From the NCBI GenBank assembly GCA_003427395.1, contig BFEA01000015.1:1919225-1983203 (forward strand): a stretch of 63,979 nucleotides of DNA. Reading direction: 5' to 3'. The notes under the pieces are model-generated. The model saw nothing but the letters and a program-made list of their open reading frames with translations. It had not been told where the DNA came from and made no database searches. Positions 37,218-50,400 of this stretch are shown here, in pieces. This stretch comes from Chara braunii. Its lineage: Eukaryota; Plantae; Charophyceae. The translations under genes were made by a program, and so were the position numbers. How positions within the stretch are numbered: the stretch's first letter is position 1; each line of letters begins with the position of its first letter.

Positions 37218-37990
37218 TTCTTAAAGGGATTCAATTCCAGACTGAAAAACAACACTTCAAGGCCGGGGACCCCACAATTCTACCCGGTAGTTATCCCGGC
37301 AGCATCAGCCGGTTTAGCTTATACCACATTCTGATCTTCAAATTACGAGGCCTATGCATTCCTGCTTTCCTGACCAAAACGCTTACATTCCGTAACTTGT
37401 TTACCGAAACCAAAATTCACTATCTCTACCGTCCTACTAAACCTACCCAGACCTCACTACGATCTGAAACTCAGCCTAAGGTGGCCGAGGGGAATGGATT
37501 ATTCCCTACTACCTACATGACACTCTCCACCCTCCCCTACCCTTGCGGTCTACCGCCACCGCCGACAGGAACCGAGTGTCCTGGTTCATAGTAAGACCCA
37601 TCACCTGTATTCTAACCAATTACACAGTACTAGCTTCCCCTCAGGACTGATCTTCGCTAGTTGATCCCTGGCACACCAAGTCTTGCGAAACCAAGTTTCT
37701 CCACGTATCCTATTACCACCAAGGACTCTCCGACTCCAATCCGCTTTCACTGCCGCCGTCAGAAGCAGCTTGAAGGTGGCTCCCACCTGTCCGTCAGTCA
37801 TGCCCTCTTTCTTGAATCTTAGGCCATTTCTTTCCAACCAGATAACCCAGAGCAAGATTGCTCTACAGACCTGGGCAATATATCCCCACCCCTCCTGCGT
37901 ACTGTAGCCCTCGGGGACCACCCCCAGCAGGGCCCAGCGTTGTCCGAGGAACTCCGAGAGGCCTGTGAACCAGAGTTCGCAACTGGGATT
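37185..37990 (-). mobile_element. 5'-truncated L1-clade LINE 3' end with poly(A)
   Basis: ORF2 C-terminal motif RAILLWVIWLERN..RF, stop at 37601, then a 3' UTR and a T-run at 37185-37222 (poly(A) on the minus strand). Confidence 0.75.
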
Positions 37991-39002
37991 TTTAGGAATA
38001 CTTGTACAGGATCAGGTAACCATCACTTCCCTGGTCCAAGGACAGAAGGTGCANGGAGCAGATAGCTTGCTGGCACAGGATCAGGACGCAGGCAACCAGC
38101 TGGTTCACGAACAGAGATTACTCATACCTGACATAAGAAGCTGGAAGGGTAAAAAAGAAAAAGGGGTGAGGGTGGTAGAAGTTATCTCCCCAATCACAGG
38201 GGAGAGAAAATTTCTACAATTAAATGACGATTCANGAGAGAAAAAGAGCCCAAAATCGAAATCCTCTCTNATTGAGTGGGAGACAGACATCACAGACAAA
38301 GGAAAGGAAAGAAAAGACACAGGAACACAGCAAAGCACACTGGAAATAAAGAGTCAAAATGAGGAGATAGATCTCACTCAAGATACCCCTCAGTCACCGA
38401 GGAAGGAACAACCTATGCTATGGGGCGTCAACTCTCTTCTCTACTCACCCCCTGATTTGCGTGACCCTATGAGTAAAAGGCAGAAGTTGAGAGCGAGATT
38501 GCAAGAGGGTGCAATGTCACCTCTTCTTTCTAAACCAGGGACCATCATACTTCCAGTTAGATATAAGGAAGGACGCTGGGAAGCAGGGCTTTCGGAAACC
38601 AAAGATTCTCAGTATGGGGAAATCACAGTCCAAGGTATGGATCCCTCTCTCATCGCCATCCAGGACACCATTGAAAATGGAACTAGGTTATCAAACATTT
38701 ACCCACATCTCTCCAAATCTATTGCACACCTCTTCCCCCCAGAGGGGAAGGCAACATTAATACTCCTTTCAGAGACTGAAAAGGTTGGTGAAAGTGATGT
38801 TTACCTGAGATACAAGGCTCTGGATGCAGTTGGCCTGAGATGGATAGCGGAAGACTCTCTTAAGGATTTGCAAATTCTCAAAATTAAGGTTAGCCAGTTC
38901 TGGTCCGAGGAGGATGTTCTTTCTGTTCTACTCAGAATTTTGAAGAAAGCATCCCTTCGGAGAGGGGGAATCTTGGATACAGGGCCTTGGAAAAATTTGT
39001 AA
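37990..39002 (+). pseudogene. L1-clade LINE ORF1, C-terminal part
   Basis: Long open frame ending at TAA 39000-39002, immediately before the ORF2 ATG. Assigned by position only. Confidence 0.55.
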
Positions 39003-42000
39003 ATGAAAGGAAAAATGAATGAGGTGAACCTTACAGATGTGTTGTATAACAAAGATAAAAATTGGAAATTGCTGAAAAGGAATGCAGATTTGGATCTACG
39101 ATCTCTCAACGTCTATGGTCTCGCCTCTGCCAAGAAGAATAAGAGACAAGCGATAAGTGAACTCCTTAAAGGAGTGGGAGGCAGAAAATGGCCAGACGTG
39201 ATTTGCATCCAAGAAACACATTTATTAGACACACCTCTACATGACTATAACCACAAGGAAATGTGGCCCCATACAGCATTTAGATCGCACGCCCCCAGAC
39301 CGGGCAGTGCAGGAGTTGCCATATGAATCTCTCCGGAGTCCAAGTTAGAAGTGCTAAAATGGAAAACGGATAAGCAGGAGGGCAGATGGATCTATATCCT
39401 CGCCAAGGTGGAGGATGAAGTGGTAAGTATACTCAATGTATATGGGCCAAACGAGCCATCCGAATGCTAAGGTTTTTTTGAAAGTATGCTTCATAGACTG
39501 CCAATTGGAATCCCAGTCATCATGACAGGGGACTTCAATGCAGCGCCGAACCGTAACTTGGACAGATGGTCGATCCCCTCCCCATGCCCTGCATACATAG
39601 AAAATGATGAACAAATAATAGCTAATCTATGTCACTCATCCAACCTCTTCGACTCTTTCAGAAGACTCAATCCAACGGCAAAATCTTTTTCGTGTTTCAA
39701 GAAAAAACAAGCGAATAAAAATATTAAATCTAGAATTGACCTTATATTAGTATCAGAGGAATTGCAAGGCTCTCTTCAATTTGCTAATATATTGTCATGC
39801 AGCTCTTTCCCTGGTCTGGACCATTCGTTGACATTAGCAGTTTTTTCTTTTCACAAGAAACCAGATCAAGGCAAGGGATACTATAAACTGAATACATCCC
39901 ACCTCAAGGATCCCAACTTCACAAAGTATCTTCAAGATGTATGACAATTCTGGAGGGAACAAAGAAACCTATTTACCAATGACATAGAATGATTCAATAG
40001 CGGTCTGGTTTTCCTAGGCCGTAAATGTAATGAATATTCTAAAGCTTTGGCCAACCTAAGACATCAACAGGAAATAGAATTACATACTAAAATTCAAGAT
40101 CTTCAAGAAAAGGAGACTAACTCATTATCCCCAGAAGACTTAGAATCCATTGGAGATTAGTGAATCGGATGACCAACTGCTCAACTTCAAAGAATACAGA
40201 TGGCAAGCGAACAAAATCAGAGGAAAACTTAACAAACAACAGATGGAAGGAGCCATGGACCCGAGATTCTTCTCTATGGCCAGAGCGAGAGTAGGTAGAA
40301 TTACAATTAAAACACTGGCGGATCATTTTGACAGAAATGCACCGCTAGCCACATCCATAGCCGCCAGCACTAGGATAGTCAGGGATTTCTATAAAGAATT
40401 GTCCACCTCCCAAATCACTGTCACCTCCAAACCCCAACGATCTATAGAGATAGATGAATTTCTTCTCCCACTGAAAAAGACTATCACAGAACTTCAAAAA
40501 GAAAAGTTAGAATTACCACTATCTAAGGAAGAAATCTGGAAGGCTTTAATTTTAATGGAGGAAAAAAAAACACCAGGAATAGATGGTCTTCCCAAGGAAT
40601 TCTGGGAAGTCATGTGGGATCACCTTTCTCAAGATCTTATGGATTTTTATCAGGAGGTTTGGATGACTGGGGAAATAGGTGACATTGTAAATCAAGGGGT
40701 CTTAACACTATTATACAAAAAAATGAGATAAATCTAATATTAGAAATTACAGACCCATCACCCTACTAACGGTCGTATACAAGCTTGTATCCAAAGCACT
40801 AGCTGATAGAATGATAAATGTCATAGCAGATATTATTTACCCGGCACAAACAGGATTTATTACCGGTCGTAACATCCAAGATAACATCCTTCTTATAAAC
40901 GAACTCTTAAGAATTACTCGCCAGTCCAAACGCAATGCAACCTTCATCTTTATTGATTTTGAGAAAGCATATGACCATGTGGACTGTTTTTTTTTGGACA
41001 AATGCCTAGAAAAAATGAACTTTGGTTCCAATTTCAAGAGACGGATAGAAATCCCACACCAAAAAGCATCTACTAGAATTAACATAAATAACAATATCCC
41101 CCCACCATTTAACTTACAGAGATCGGTCAGACAGGGGGACCCCCTGGATCCCTTCTTGTTCATCATAATTATTGAAACCCTCGCTGCCAATCTCAGTGAG
41201 CACAAGGACATAAAGAGAATACAGATCTCATCAATCCCAGAAGATGCAATTCCTATATGTTCCCTGTTTGCTGATAATCTCTCATTGATGGTGGATGCAA
41301 CCAAAGAGAATTTGGAAGCAATTAAAGCTTTATTAGAGAAATTTAGTGAGTTATCTGACATGAAGGTCAATTGAGGAGATAAAACCCTTGGATGGTGGAT
41401 TAACCATCAAGGGGTGAGGCCTCCAGAAACCCCTTGAATCAAGTGGATCTCGAAGGAAACACCAATCAGAATCCTTAACATTTCTTTATCAGTAGAAGGA
41501 AAACCAACTACTAATGACGAAAGTATTATGCAAAGCGCCCATTCCGAATTTGAACTATGGAAAAACAAACCCACTTCTATTATGGGTCGCTCTCTAGTGA
41601 TTAATAATGTAATCCTGGCCTCAACTTGGTATAAATCGACAATATGGGCATTGGATGAACCATCAATTAAATCTCTTCAACAATTACTCAGAGCTTTCCT
41701 ATGGAGAGGCAACCATGACTACAAGAATGTCATCAGCAGAGTGGCCTGGTCCTCCATCATACAACCCAAATCAAAGGGGGGGTTGGGGATCATCGACCCC
41801 TCAACTCAAACTAAGGCCCTATCCATACAATGGATTAAGAGGCTCCTTTTTAATCCACAGACACATTGGAGTGCCATGACATGGGAGCAAATAAGAAGAC
41901 TAGCACCCCCCACTGGAAGTGAGGTAGATCCAGCATTGTGGCTAGAGAACAGAGCATGGTCAATCCCAAGGAGCATACAAAGAAACCATACTGGCCAAGA

Positions 42001-43630
42001 ATTCACAGATAGAGAAGCGGCAAGACAAGACATTAGTAAAGACCATTCTGGACAAAAATCCTTAAGACCTGGAGAAAAATTCCTTTGCCTGACAAGCAAC
42101 CCCTCAACAGGTGGGAGGAGATTATCGGACAACCAATCTTCAACAATGAATGGATCAGGGACTCCCAAGGCTACACTCTATATTGCATGGATAACCCTTG
42201 GAAGGGTTGGATAAAAAAAGGAATAATAAGAATCAAAGACGTTTGGGATGAAACCAATAGAGACTGAGTTCTCCCCGAAATCCTGCACACTAGACTGAAA
42301 TACTGTCATCACGTGAATGAAAATCTAGACAGGATTATAGACCTAATTCCTTTAGATTGGATTCAGATTCTCAGGAAAGGAAAGACATTGCAGGAAAATG
42401 ATTGGGTGGGTATAAGGAACAATCCCCACCCACGTTGTGGGTAACGTCCTTATCCCAAGATTCATCAGTTCTCATACGTTTATTCCTCTTAAAAGAAGAT
42501 AATCTAGTATCTTACCTCCCTGAAAACACAATTCAATGGATGTCAAAAGACCAAGTTTTCAGAATTAGGGTCCTTCAGAAGGATTCCTCATCATGGCTAG
42601 CATTTAGACCAACGTTCGATATCTCGAATCTTCCATTAGACCCAGCAGGCTAGACATGGAATACAAATAACAAGAAAGGAAGGAACTTCACTCGATTTTT
42701 ACACTCCCTAACAGTTAAATCAACTTATCAAATGTTCAGACCTGTAATTAACCTCAAGGACAGAGTAGTAACAAGATGGATGCAGCAGTTAAACCTAAGT
42801 AAGGAAGATCTGAGACTAGTTCGCTGGTTCAGAGATGTAAAATCAAAGTCATCCAAGATTGCCTCACTGCAGTGGCAAATAGAACATCGCTGCCTCCCCA
42901 CTAACGATTGGTTAATCAACAAGTCCTCTCTAGAAAAAAAAGGCTGGCAGAACCTTGGTGTAATCTTTGTAAATCAGCCTTCCCCAGCAGGAAGATCCTG
43001 GAGACTATAGAACATATGTTTTTGGCATGCCCAGGTTCCATTTGGTTATGAAGATGGTGGGATCGCATCTGGGGACAACTGGAAACTTCTCATCCTTGGC
43101 CCTGGGGCTGGAAAATAATCCTTCTTGAGGTCTAGTCCCCAGATCAAATAGACAATTTCACCCATAATCTATTCACACTTGGAAGAAGAGCAATAATCTG
43201 GGCAATATGGCAACGAAGATGCACATATGAATGGGAAAAAGTGAGACTCGACGGCCCATAATTTACTGACATTATCAAACAACAAGTACAACATGATATC
43301 CTGGTGCAGTGGGAAAAGACAAAAGACAAAATATTGCACAACTCCTCAAAAGCAGACATACTCAAAGCATTCAAATCCTTCAGCAGTGACTGGCTCGGGG
43401 GGGACAAAGGGGGAAAGATTGGAAGGATAGAATGGAATGGAGAGACAGGAGACAAAGGGCAAAAATTACAAAGGAATTACAAACTGATTTTTAATAATTG
43501 GTCTGAGGTAGACCCCTCCATTCCCCTTCGGTCAATGTTAGAATTCCCAAACCCCTTCCCCCCATCCCCCACTGCTGTTGTCCCATTGTCTTGGCATCTC
43601 CTAGAGGCCAATGACGAATCAGAGTCTTGA
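39003..43630 (+). pseudogene. L1-clade LINE ORF2: APE endonuclease, RT and CCHC finger (many stops and frameshifts)
   Basis: APE: SLNVYGL, ICIQETH, GVAI, NVYGP, GDFNA, SRIDLIL, DHS. RT: KTPGIDGLP, NYRPITLL, QTGFITGR, IDFEKAYD, VRQGDPL, LFADN. C-terminus: CNLC...ETIEHMFLACP, WAIWQRR. Confidence 0.95.
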
Positions 43631-43924
43631 AGAGTCACTTGTAAGCAAGAGAGAGGCACTGTAATGAGCTAGGATTAAAAGTTTTCCCATNTGGCGCCCT
43701 ACTCTGGGTGAAGAGGTTCAAGCCTGTTCTCTATCTGCATTATTAGTCTTTCCATTTTGTAAAGGGACGCTGGACCCGTTTTCCAGCAGGTGCAGCTCTT
43801 CACTAATAGATGGAGTGACCAACAGGAAACCATAGTAGGGAGGGATGCTTTTACCACCCTGCCTACCATGGTTTTCAGCAAGTCTTAAAAAAAAAAAAAA
43901 AAAAAAAAAAAACGGAATACTTGT

Positions 43925-45213
43925 ACATGACCTAACCACACCCTCTTCGAAAATCAACCACCGATACCCACTGTATATCTGCCCTGCCGGACCTTTACCC
44001 ATCTCCATCTGCTATAAAAAAAAAAAAGGTATACCCTGAGCTACCCTACCTGAACCTCTTCAGCATGTACCCGACCATACATACCCATGAACAATTTTTT
44101 TCAAAACCACCCATGGCCACCTGAACCCAAACAGTTTGTTAACCACCCATACCCTACCCTACCCAAGTTTTTTTTACCAGTACCCACCCGTACCTACCCA
44201 TAATTGTATGCACCCACCCGTGCTCGTCACCCACCCTCCCCTAACCGCCCATACCGCCCCCTAATTGTCGCTAACTGCCCCTAGCTGTCCCTTACCGCCC
44301 ATAACTGTCCCTTTTTTTTTTTCCCTAATTGTCGCTAACTGCCCCTAACTGTCCCTTACCGCCCATAACTGTCCCTTTTTTTTTTCCCCCCTAAAAGTCC
44401 ATGGTGTTGTAGAGGCCAGTCACTGAGTGCACAGTGATCACCTGGAGCAGTGGGCCTTGGGTGTCCTGGAATATTAGCTCACCTCCCCTCTCATCGTCAC
44501 GTCAATACTCCTAGCGCACCCCCAATCCCACTATCCTACGTCAGTGTGACCAGCACTGAGGATCATTACCCTACCAATGGGCAGACAACTTGGACCGAAC
44601 AGCAGTGATAGGCACCAGGGCTGATAGGTTCCCCAAGCCTGGTGGAAGCGTAATCGGACAAGCCTTGTCCAACGGGAACTTCGGACGCCAGGCCCATACA
44701 ATCTACTACAGACCCCAAGAGATTTTGGGCCCTAGGTTCAGACAGGGTAGCACCCACTGAAGCAGTCTTACTGTCCATCCCCTAGCTTACCCAAGGCCCA
44801 GGGGAACTCGGACTAGCCTGAGCGACTTATATCCCTACCCTTACCTAACTGTCCCTAACTGTCCCTAATTGTCCCTTACTGTCTCTAACAGCCCCTAACT
44901 TTTTTACTTTTTTTTTTTTTTTACCGCTCCTTACCTTCCCCGTTGTCCTTAACCACCCCCAACTGTCCCCAACCCCCTGGACGTCACAGGATTGACGTGG
45001 TATTTTTTTTATTATTAATATAATAATATTATTATTTTATTTTATTTCTCTTAAGATGTGGCAGTTGCTGCAGCTACCGCCGCAACAGCAACAGTTGTTA
45101 CATCTGGTCACTCTGGTGCTGCTATGGATGCATCTGGTGCTAAAGCAGCCTATGCAACCTGTATAGCATCTGCAAATGCAACAACCCTCGGTCTGTCGCA
45201 CACACATACACAC

Positions 45214-45249
<36 letters not shown>

Positions 45250-45771
45250 AAATATTACATACACAGGTTACACACATATGAAAATGGTCTAAAAAGTTGT
45301 GAAAACTTTAAAACCAAAAAAAATAAAAAAATGAAGAAATACAATTCACCCTTGCGAGAAAAAAACGTTTGCTTCTTGGGAAAACGAGAAATTTGGAATA
45401 TAAAAAAAGTGTCACGCTTGAGCAAAAATACAAAGCCTGCAAAGCTATAAGACTCACATCGGGTATACTATGGTTACCCGATGGGAACTTCTACCCGCCC
45501 GTACCCATCCCTTTTTTTTTTTTGCCACCCATACCTGCCCATACCCGTCTAATTTTTTTTTTCTGGCCGCCCATACCCACTTTTTTTTCCCCTACCCCTA
45601 CCTGCCCCTACCCACCCAGGATCTCCAAGGAGGGCAATTGTGCCCGCCCTAACAACCACCACCTTTTGTTTGTGCTTGCCCATACCCAACTGGCCCTTCG
45701 GAAGGGGTACCATACCCGCTTGTAACCTGGTGGTTACAGTTGGGTACGGCCGGGTACGGGCAACGGTTACC
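43925..45771. mobile_element. Probable non-autonomous DNA transposon(s) with (A/G)TACCC subterminal repeats (hAT-like)
   Basis: Dense ccatacc/gtaccc motifs at 43960-44260 and 45460-45770. The minus-strand end reads caggtaaccgttgcccgtacccgg. Internal tandem duplication at 44257-44390. Confidence 0.4.
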
Positions 45772-45774
45772 TGT

Positions 45775-48158
45775 TTGCGCTCTCTGCTGTGAACCGCTTC
45801 CAATGATACTCCTACCAGGCCCACCATTTCTGGGACTTTGGGCAGTCCCACCACATGTGCCTCATTGATTCCACACCGGTCTGACACACCGATCACAGGC
45901 TGTATTCATTGTCATACCTTTCTCTGAGAGCCAAGTAGCCGTTGGGATTGCTAGATGGGATTGTAGCCAAAGCATCGATGCCAGCTTTTGAAACGGCAGA
46001 AGTTCCAATTGTGCCCACACCCGATTTGACTCCTTCTCTACCGGCGGGGGTTGTTCAGGTAATTCTCTGTGCCATCTCGAACCAATCTTTGCAACTGCTC
46101 TGTTTGGGCCAGCTCTCATTTTCTGCGGAAGCATACCATTCAACTTTCCCAAACCCAATTCAGTATTCCCTTCCCACTGCCAGCCCCACACAATTGGATC
46201 TATCCTCAGTTGGCTAAGTGGGATCCCACCACACACCAAGACTGGAATCATTGGGTGGCCTATCTCCTTCGGGGGCAACAAATTAACTCTACTTTCCTCA
46301 AGGTTACTAAGACCGTAATGTACTTGCATCCCTACCCGTTCCAGATCCGGCTGGGACGGGTTCTGCTGCACATACGTCTCCAACCAGCATTTGCCCAACC
46401 CCTCCTCCATCCAACTCTCCAGTCTATAAACCAGGTTGTCCCCCTCATCTGTGCTTTTATACCACGCTCCTAGGTTATCGACGCCTGCCGGCCCCAAGAT
46501 TGCTTTCCATTCCAGTGGGATAGCCTCCCGCAGTTGAGCTGCTCTCGGCTCCTGCTCAGGAAGTTGTCCCAGACTCCGCTTCAGTTCCTCTAGAGTTTTC
46601 CATTGGTTGGTCAGTTCGTCCTACAGGTCTCCCACCATAGAGACCCCTTTCCGCAACCAACTGAGCGCGAAATTACCCGGCCTTCTTTCCAGGGAGAACC
46701 AACTCCCTTCATCGTCTTGGATCATCTGATTTTTAAACAATGGTTGTCTTTTAACTTATTCTTTGGTCTTCGGGGGACTCAGCAAATTTGGCTTTGCTTT
46801 GTTCCAGGCCAGAAGAACGTCCCGCCAAAATCTTGATTTCGGACGACGCTTACTGAATGTGTCAGTCATAATGGCCACCCACACATCTCGAGGTCTTGCT
46901 AGTTCCCAGTCTTCTGCCAGCAGAGTCTCCGCCAGAAACAGCCAGTAAGCTTCTTGATCTCCTGTAGCTACCCTCACTAGCCATTTACTCAGCAAGGCCG
47001 TATTCTGCAGGGATGGGTCAATTAATGCTAGCCCACCCTCATCCCTTGGTAGGCAAATGGATTCCCAGGCCACCTTAGAGATGAAACCCGAGTCTCCCTT
47101 GCTGTCGGGTTTCCATATAAACCTTCTGGCTACGCTTCTGACCGTCTTGAGCGAACTTGGTGAGATTCTCCGGACTGCCGCCACATACCATAGCAGCGCA
47201 AATGCTGATACCATTATAGTCAGTGCTCTCCCAATGATGGAGAGGCCTCTTCCCTTCCCCCAACTTTTCACCCTCTTAGACACCCTTTCTTGCAGTATCA
47301 GATCCTGAGATGAGGAACAGTCTCCTAGAGCGACCTGGACACCCAGGAATCGCTCTGCAGTTTCAACCGGAACTCTCTCCATACCCCACTGCACACTCAA
47401 AGAATGGCACTGAGGTAGGAAGAAAACCGACTTATTCCAGTTAACTGCGGCTTCCGAAAGTTCCCCGAATTTGACCAGGCAGCTTTTCAGTGCGTCTAAA
47501 GATCGGCTGGAGTTCTGGGAGATCGCGAAGAGGTCATTTGCTAATGCCTTTACTCGGCTCTCTCTATCGTTGTGAAGGACCAAACCGGTGATTTCTGGGT
47601 GACATCGAATATTGCAGAGTAATGGTTCCAAATGCAACACAAACAGCAGAGGAGCCAAGGGGCAACCCTGTCGCGACGACCTTGTGATACAAATATCCTA
47701 TGATATTTGACCATTAATACTCACCGCTGCTGTTGACAAACTATACATGGCCTTCACCCACTTACAAAACTGTTCGCCGAATCCCACCACCCTCAGGGTC
47801 GTCAGAACAAAGGACCAATTCACCCTATCGTACGCCTTATCTAGATCTAACAGCAAGATTGTCACATTCGCCTCCTCTCGGTCAACTAACTCAAGAGCCT
47901 CGATCGCTGTGAGAATGTTCTCAAAAATAGACCTCCCTTGAACGAAAGCGCCCTGGTCCCTCTGTTCCAAACTGGGAAGATACTTCGCAAGGTGGATTGT
48001 CGGCGTTTTGGCCAAGAGTTTATAAACTACATTCATAAGGGAGGTCGGTCTCCAATTTCTGACCTCGTTGCGGTCTCCCTTCTTGAACAGTAGTGAAATT
48101 ACTCCCCGTGACATTATCTTGCCAAGAGACTCCCCCTGCAGGATCCATTGAACAACTC
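45775..48158 (-). pseudogene. L1-clade LINE ORF2 fragment (RT and zinc-finger region), second family
   Basis: LLFKKGD..NWRP, DQGAFVQGRSIFEN, LDLDKAYDRVNW, RQGCPLAPLLF, ALANDL, SKVAWESICLPRDEGGL, CDRC...HMWWDCP. Confidence 0.92.
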
Positions 48159-48970
48159 TACAAGGCCCACTCCTGCTTCGGGCTCCCTCCGCAATCACCA
48201 CCTCAGATAATCAAAAGTTTGAACACACATCTAAAGTTATATTCCAGTGTCCCACGTGGCACGTCGATCAGACCCTCATCAGCGTACTGAAGCAATGTCG
48301 ACCTCAAGATAATCAGGTACGTGTCCACAATCATCTCACAGTCATAATCTCCTCTCGAGTGACGATGAATCAGAACAGCAGTGCCGATCACGTAGCCCAG
48401 CCACGTCAGAAGATAGAACACGTGGCAGCAGCCACGTCAGCAGCGACGCGTGGCAGCTGCCACGTCAGCATGCCTTGAAGACAATAGCCAACCAGCCACC
48501 ATGCCGAGCTAGCAGTGCGTCGCCTTAATCTCCCAAGTGCCAGCACAAAGCCAGCGCCCACCAGCATCGCCGCGTCCAGCCAGCATCGCGTCGTCAACGC
48601 GTGAAGTCAGCATTGACGCAAGACTAGAAGAATCTCAAAGGCAACGAGTCAGCGCTTATGTAGCGTTGACGCGGGGTCTGGACCCCGGATACTGGAATCC
48701 TCAACCATTGGGATGTCAATGCAGATGACGGCCCAGATTGGCCTCAAACCGAATCTCCTTTGGCCTCCATGTTGTCAGGGTACCTGCGCACAACAAGTGT
48801 GTGTATCTCACCAGGGCCTTGGCGGGGTACCTTTGACCTGACAGTTGACTTAGACCTTTGACTTTCCAAGCAGTGCGTGGTCTCACTACCTGGCGCAGGC
48901 CGAGTTTGGCCTGCGTCGTCTGCGCCTTGCTTTGAGGGCCCAAACCGGCTGCAGAACACGGGTTACTGCA
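48159..48970 (-). mobile_element. 3' LTR of chromovirus Z, truncated by ~170 bp
   Basis: Matches 51746-52556. Starts TGCAGTAACC on the minus strand after a purine-rich tract (48971-48990). Confidence 0.92.
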
Positions 48971-49009
48971 TTCCTGCCGACCCATTTTCGAGTTTCATTG
49001 CAAAAATAA

Positions 49010-49748
49010 TTAAGACTTTAACCCACGTTCATATGCAGATACAATATCTGGAGCAGTTTCAAGTAGTTCTCGTTTACTAAACCATTGGTCCTGAGATGGT
49101 GTCTGAGACTTAAAACGTACCTTGAACTGCTTCTGAGGTCGTCCACGTCCTCCTGTAGAGAAGTACCCATGTTCTATGATTTTGTCTACCTCATATCCGT
49201 CATCCATGTCTGGTGGAATCATAGAAGGTCTCTGTGGGAACTCATTTCCTTCTACATAAGGTAACAACTTGGACGTGTGAAAGACCAGATATGCATTATG
49301 TTTTGAAATGACAGGGAATATCAATTCGATAAGACGGTCCCTATGCATCCCCAATTACTTTGAGAACTTCCCAGGGTCCGAAATAGACGGGCGGAAGTTT
49401 CTGAGACACATTTTCTTCCAACGAAAACTCTCTGGACTTGACCCAGACTAGATCGCCTTCCTTGAATGTTGAGGGTCGGCGATGCTTGTTAGCTTGTTCA
49501 ATCATTTGGTCCTGAGTTTTCTTCAGATTATCCTTTACTTTCTTACTGTCTTCTCGAAACAATACTGCATACTCCTGTGTCCCTGGAGGTAACTTAAGGA
49601 ACTGATCCCGTGTTAACACATCAATGGGATGCTTAGGTTTCCACCCCTTGTGCAGTGCATTAGGCATACGCCCCGTGTGAACACTACTATTGTATGCACT
49701 TGCTATCTTGGGTAAGTTCTCATCCCAATCAATTTGATCGGGTCCCAC
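49010..49748 (-). pseudogene. Integrase C-terminus and chromodomain of element Z
   Basis: WDENLPKIASAYNSSVH, FKEGDLVWVK, YFGPWEV, VFHTSKL, then chromodomain YEVDKIIEH...FKVRFK...DQWF. Confidence 0.9.
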
Positions 49749-50400
49749 ACTTCCTCAACCACCTGGTGCTTTCCTTTGACCAGATTTATGATTGTTCGTA
49801 GTCCTGCGGCCACATCATCAATCAGTGTCTGCATTTGTTCGCCATTCTGATCAATTTTCATTTCAAGGTGGGCAAGGTAAGTCATAAGCTGAGCCAAAGA
49901 AATTTATTGCTCTTCCCCTTCGGTCTTGACAATAGTTTGTCTGATTTCTTTGATTTTCTGTTTTTGTTATTCACTTTTTTTCTTCCTCAATTCTTCTTTC
50001 TTTTTCTTCTCCTTCTCTTGTGCTTCTTTTAACTGTCTGATATTTTCATCCACAGTTTCTTCAGATATAATTATTTTTTTCTCTTCTTTCTGGTCTGCAA
50101 TCTTCATAAGTTGCTCAATGACATACTCATCAAATGTCTGTCGACACTTGATTTGTACATCCTGAATCTGTATGATATCGGTGTCTAATTTCGCTTGTTC
50201 GATAGTAGCTCGTGTTGCCTTCAAATCAAACTTTTATCGCACATATGCCTCGACTTCGGCACCTGCACCACAAAGGTCAGAAATCAATTGGTCTAAGCGG
50301 GCATTCAAAACCTTCTTCCGCTCGTCCACTTGATGTCTGGTTCGAAGGTCAAGGGTCTCCTCATCAATACCGAAGATGAGTGAGACTGGATATAAGAGAA
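49749..50400 (-). pseudogene. Gag N-terminal coiled-coil remnant of element Z
   Basis: Coiled-coil K/E-rich ORF pieces between the leader and the integrase remnant. Assigned by position. Confidence 0.5.

Noticed and set aside
37185-48158. L1 pieces at 45775-48158 and 37185-37990 as one interrupted copy
   Set aside because: Same strand and order, but their ends appear to overlap in the protein and differ in sequence, and no TSD is visible. Treated as separate copies.
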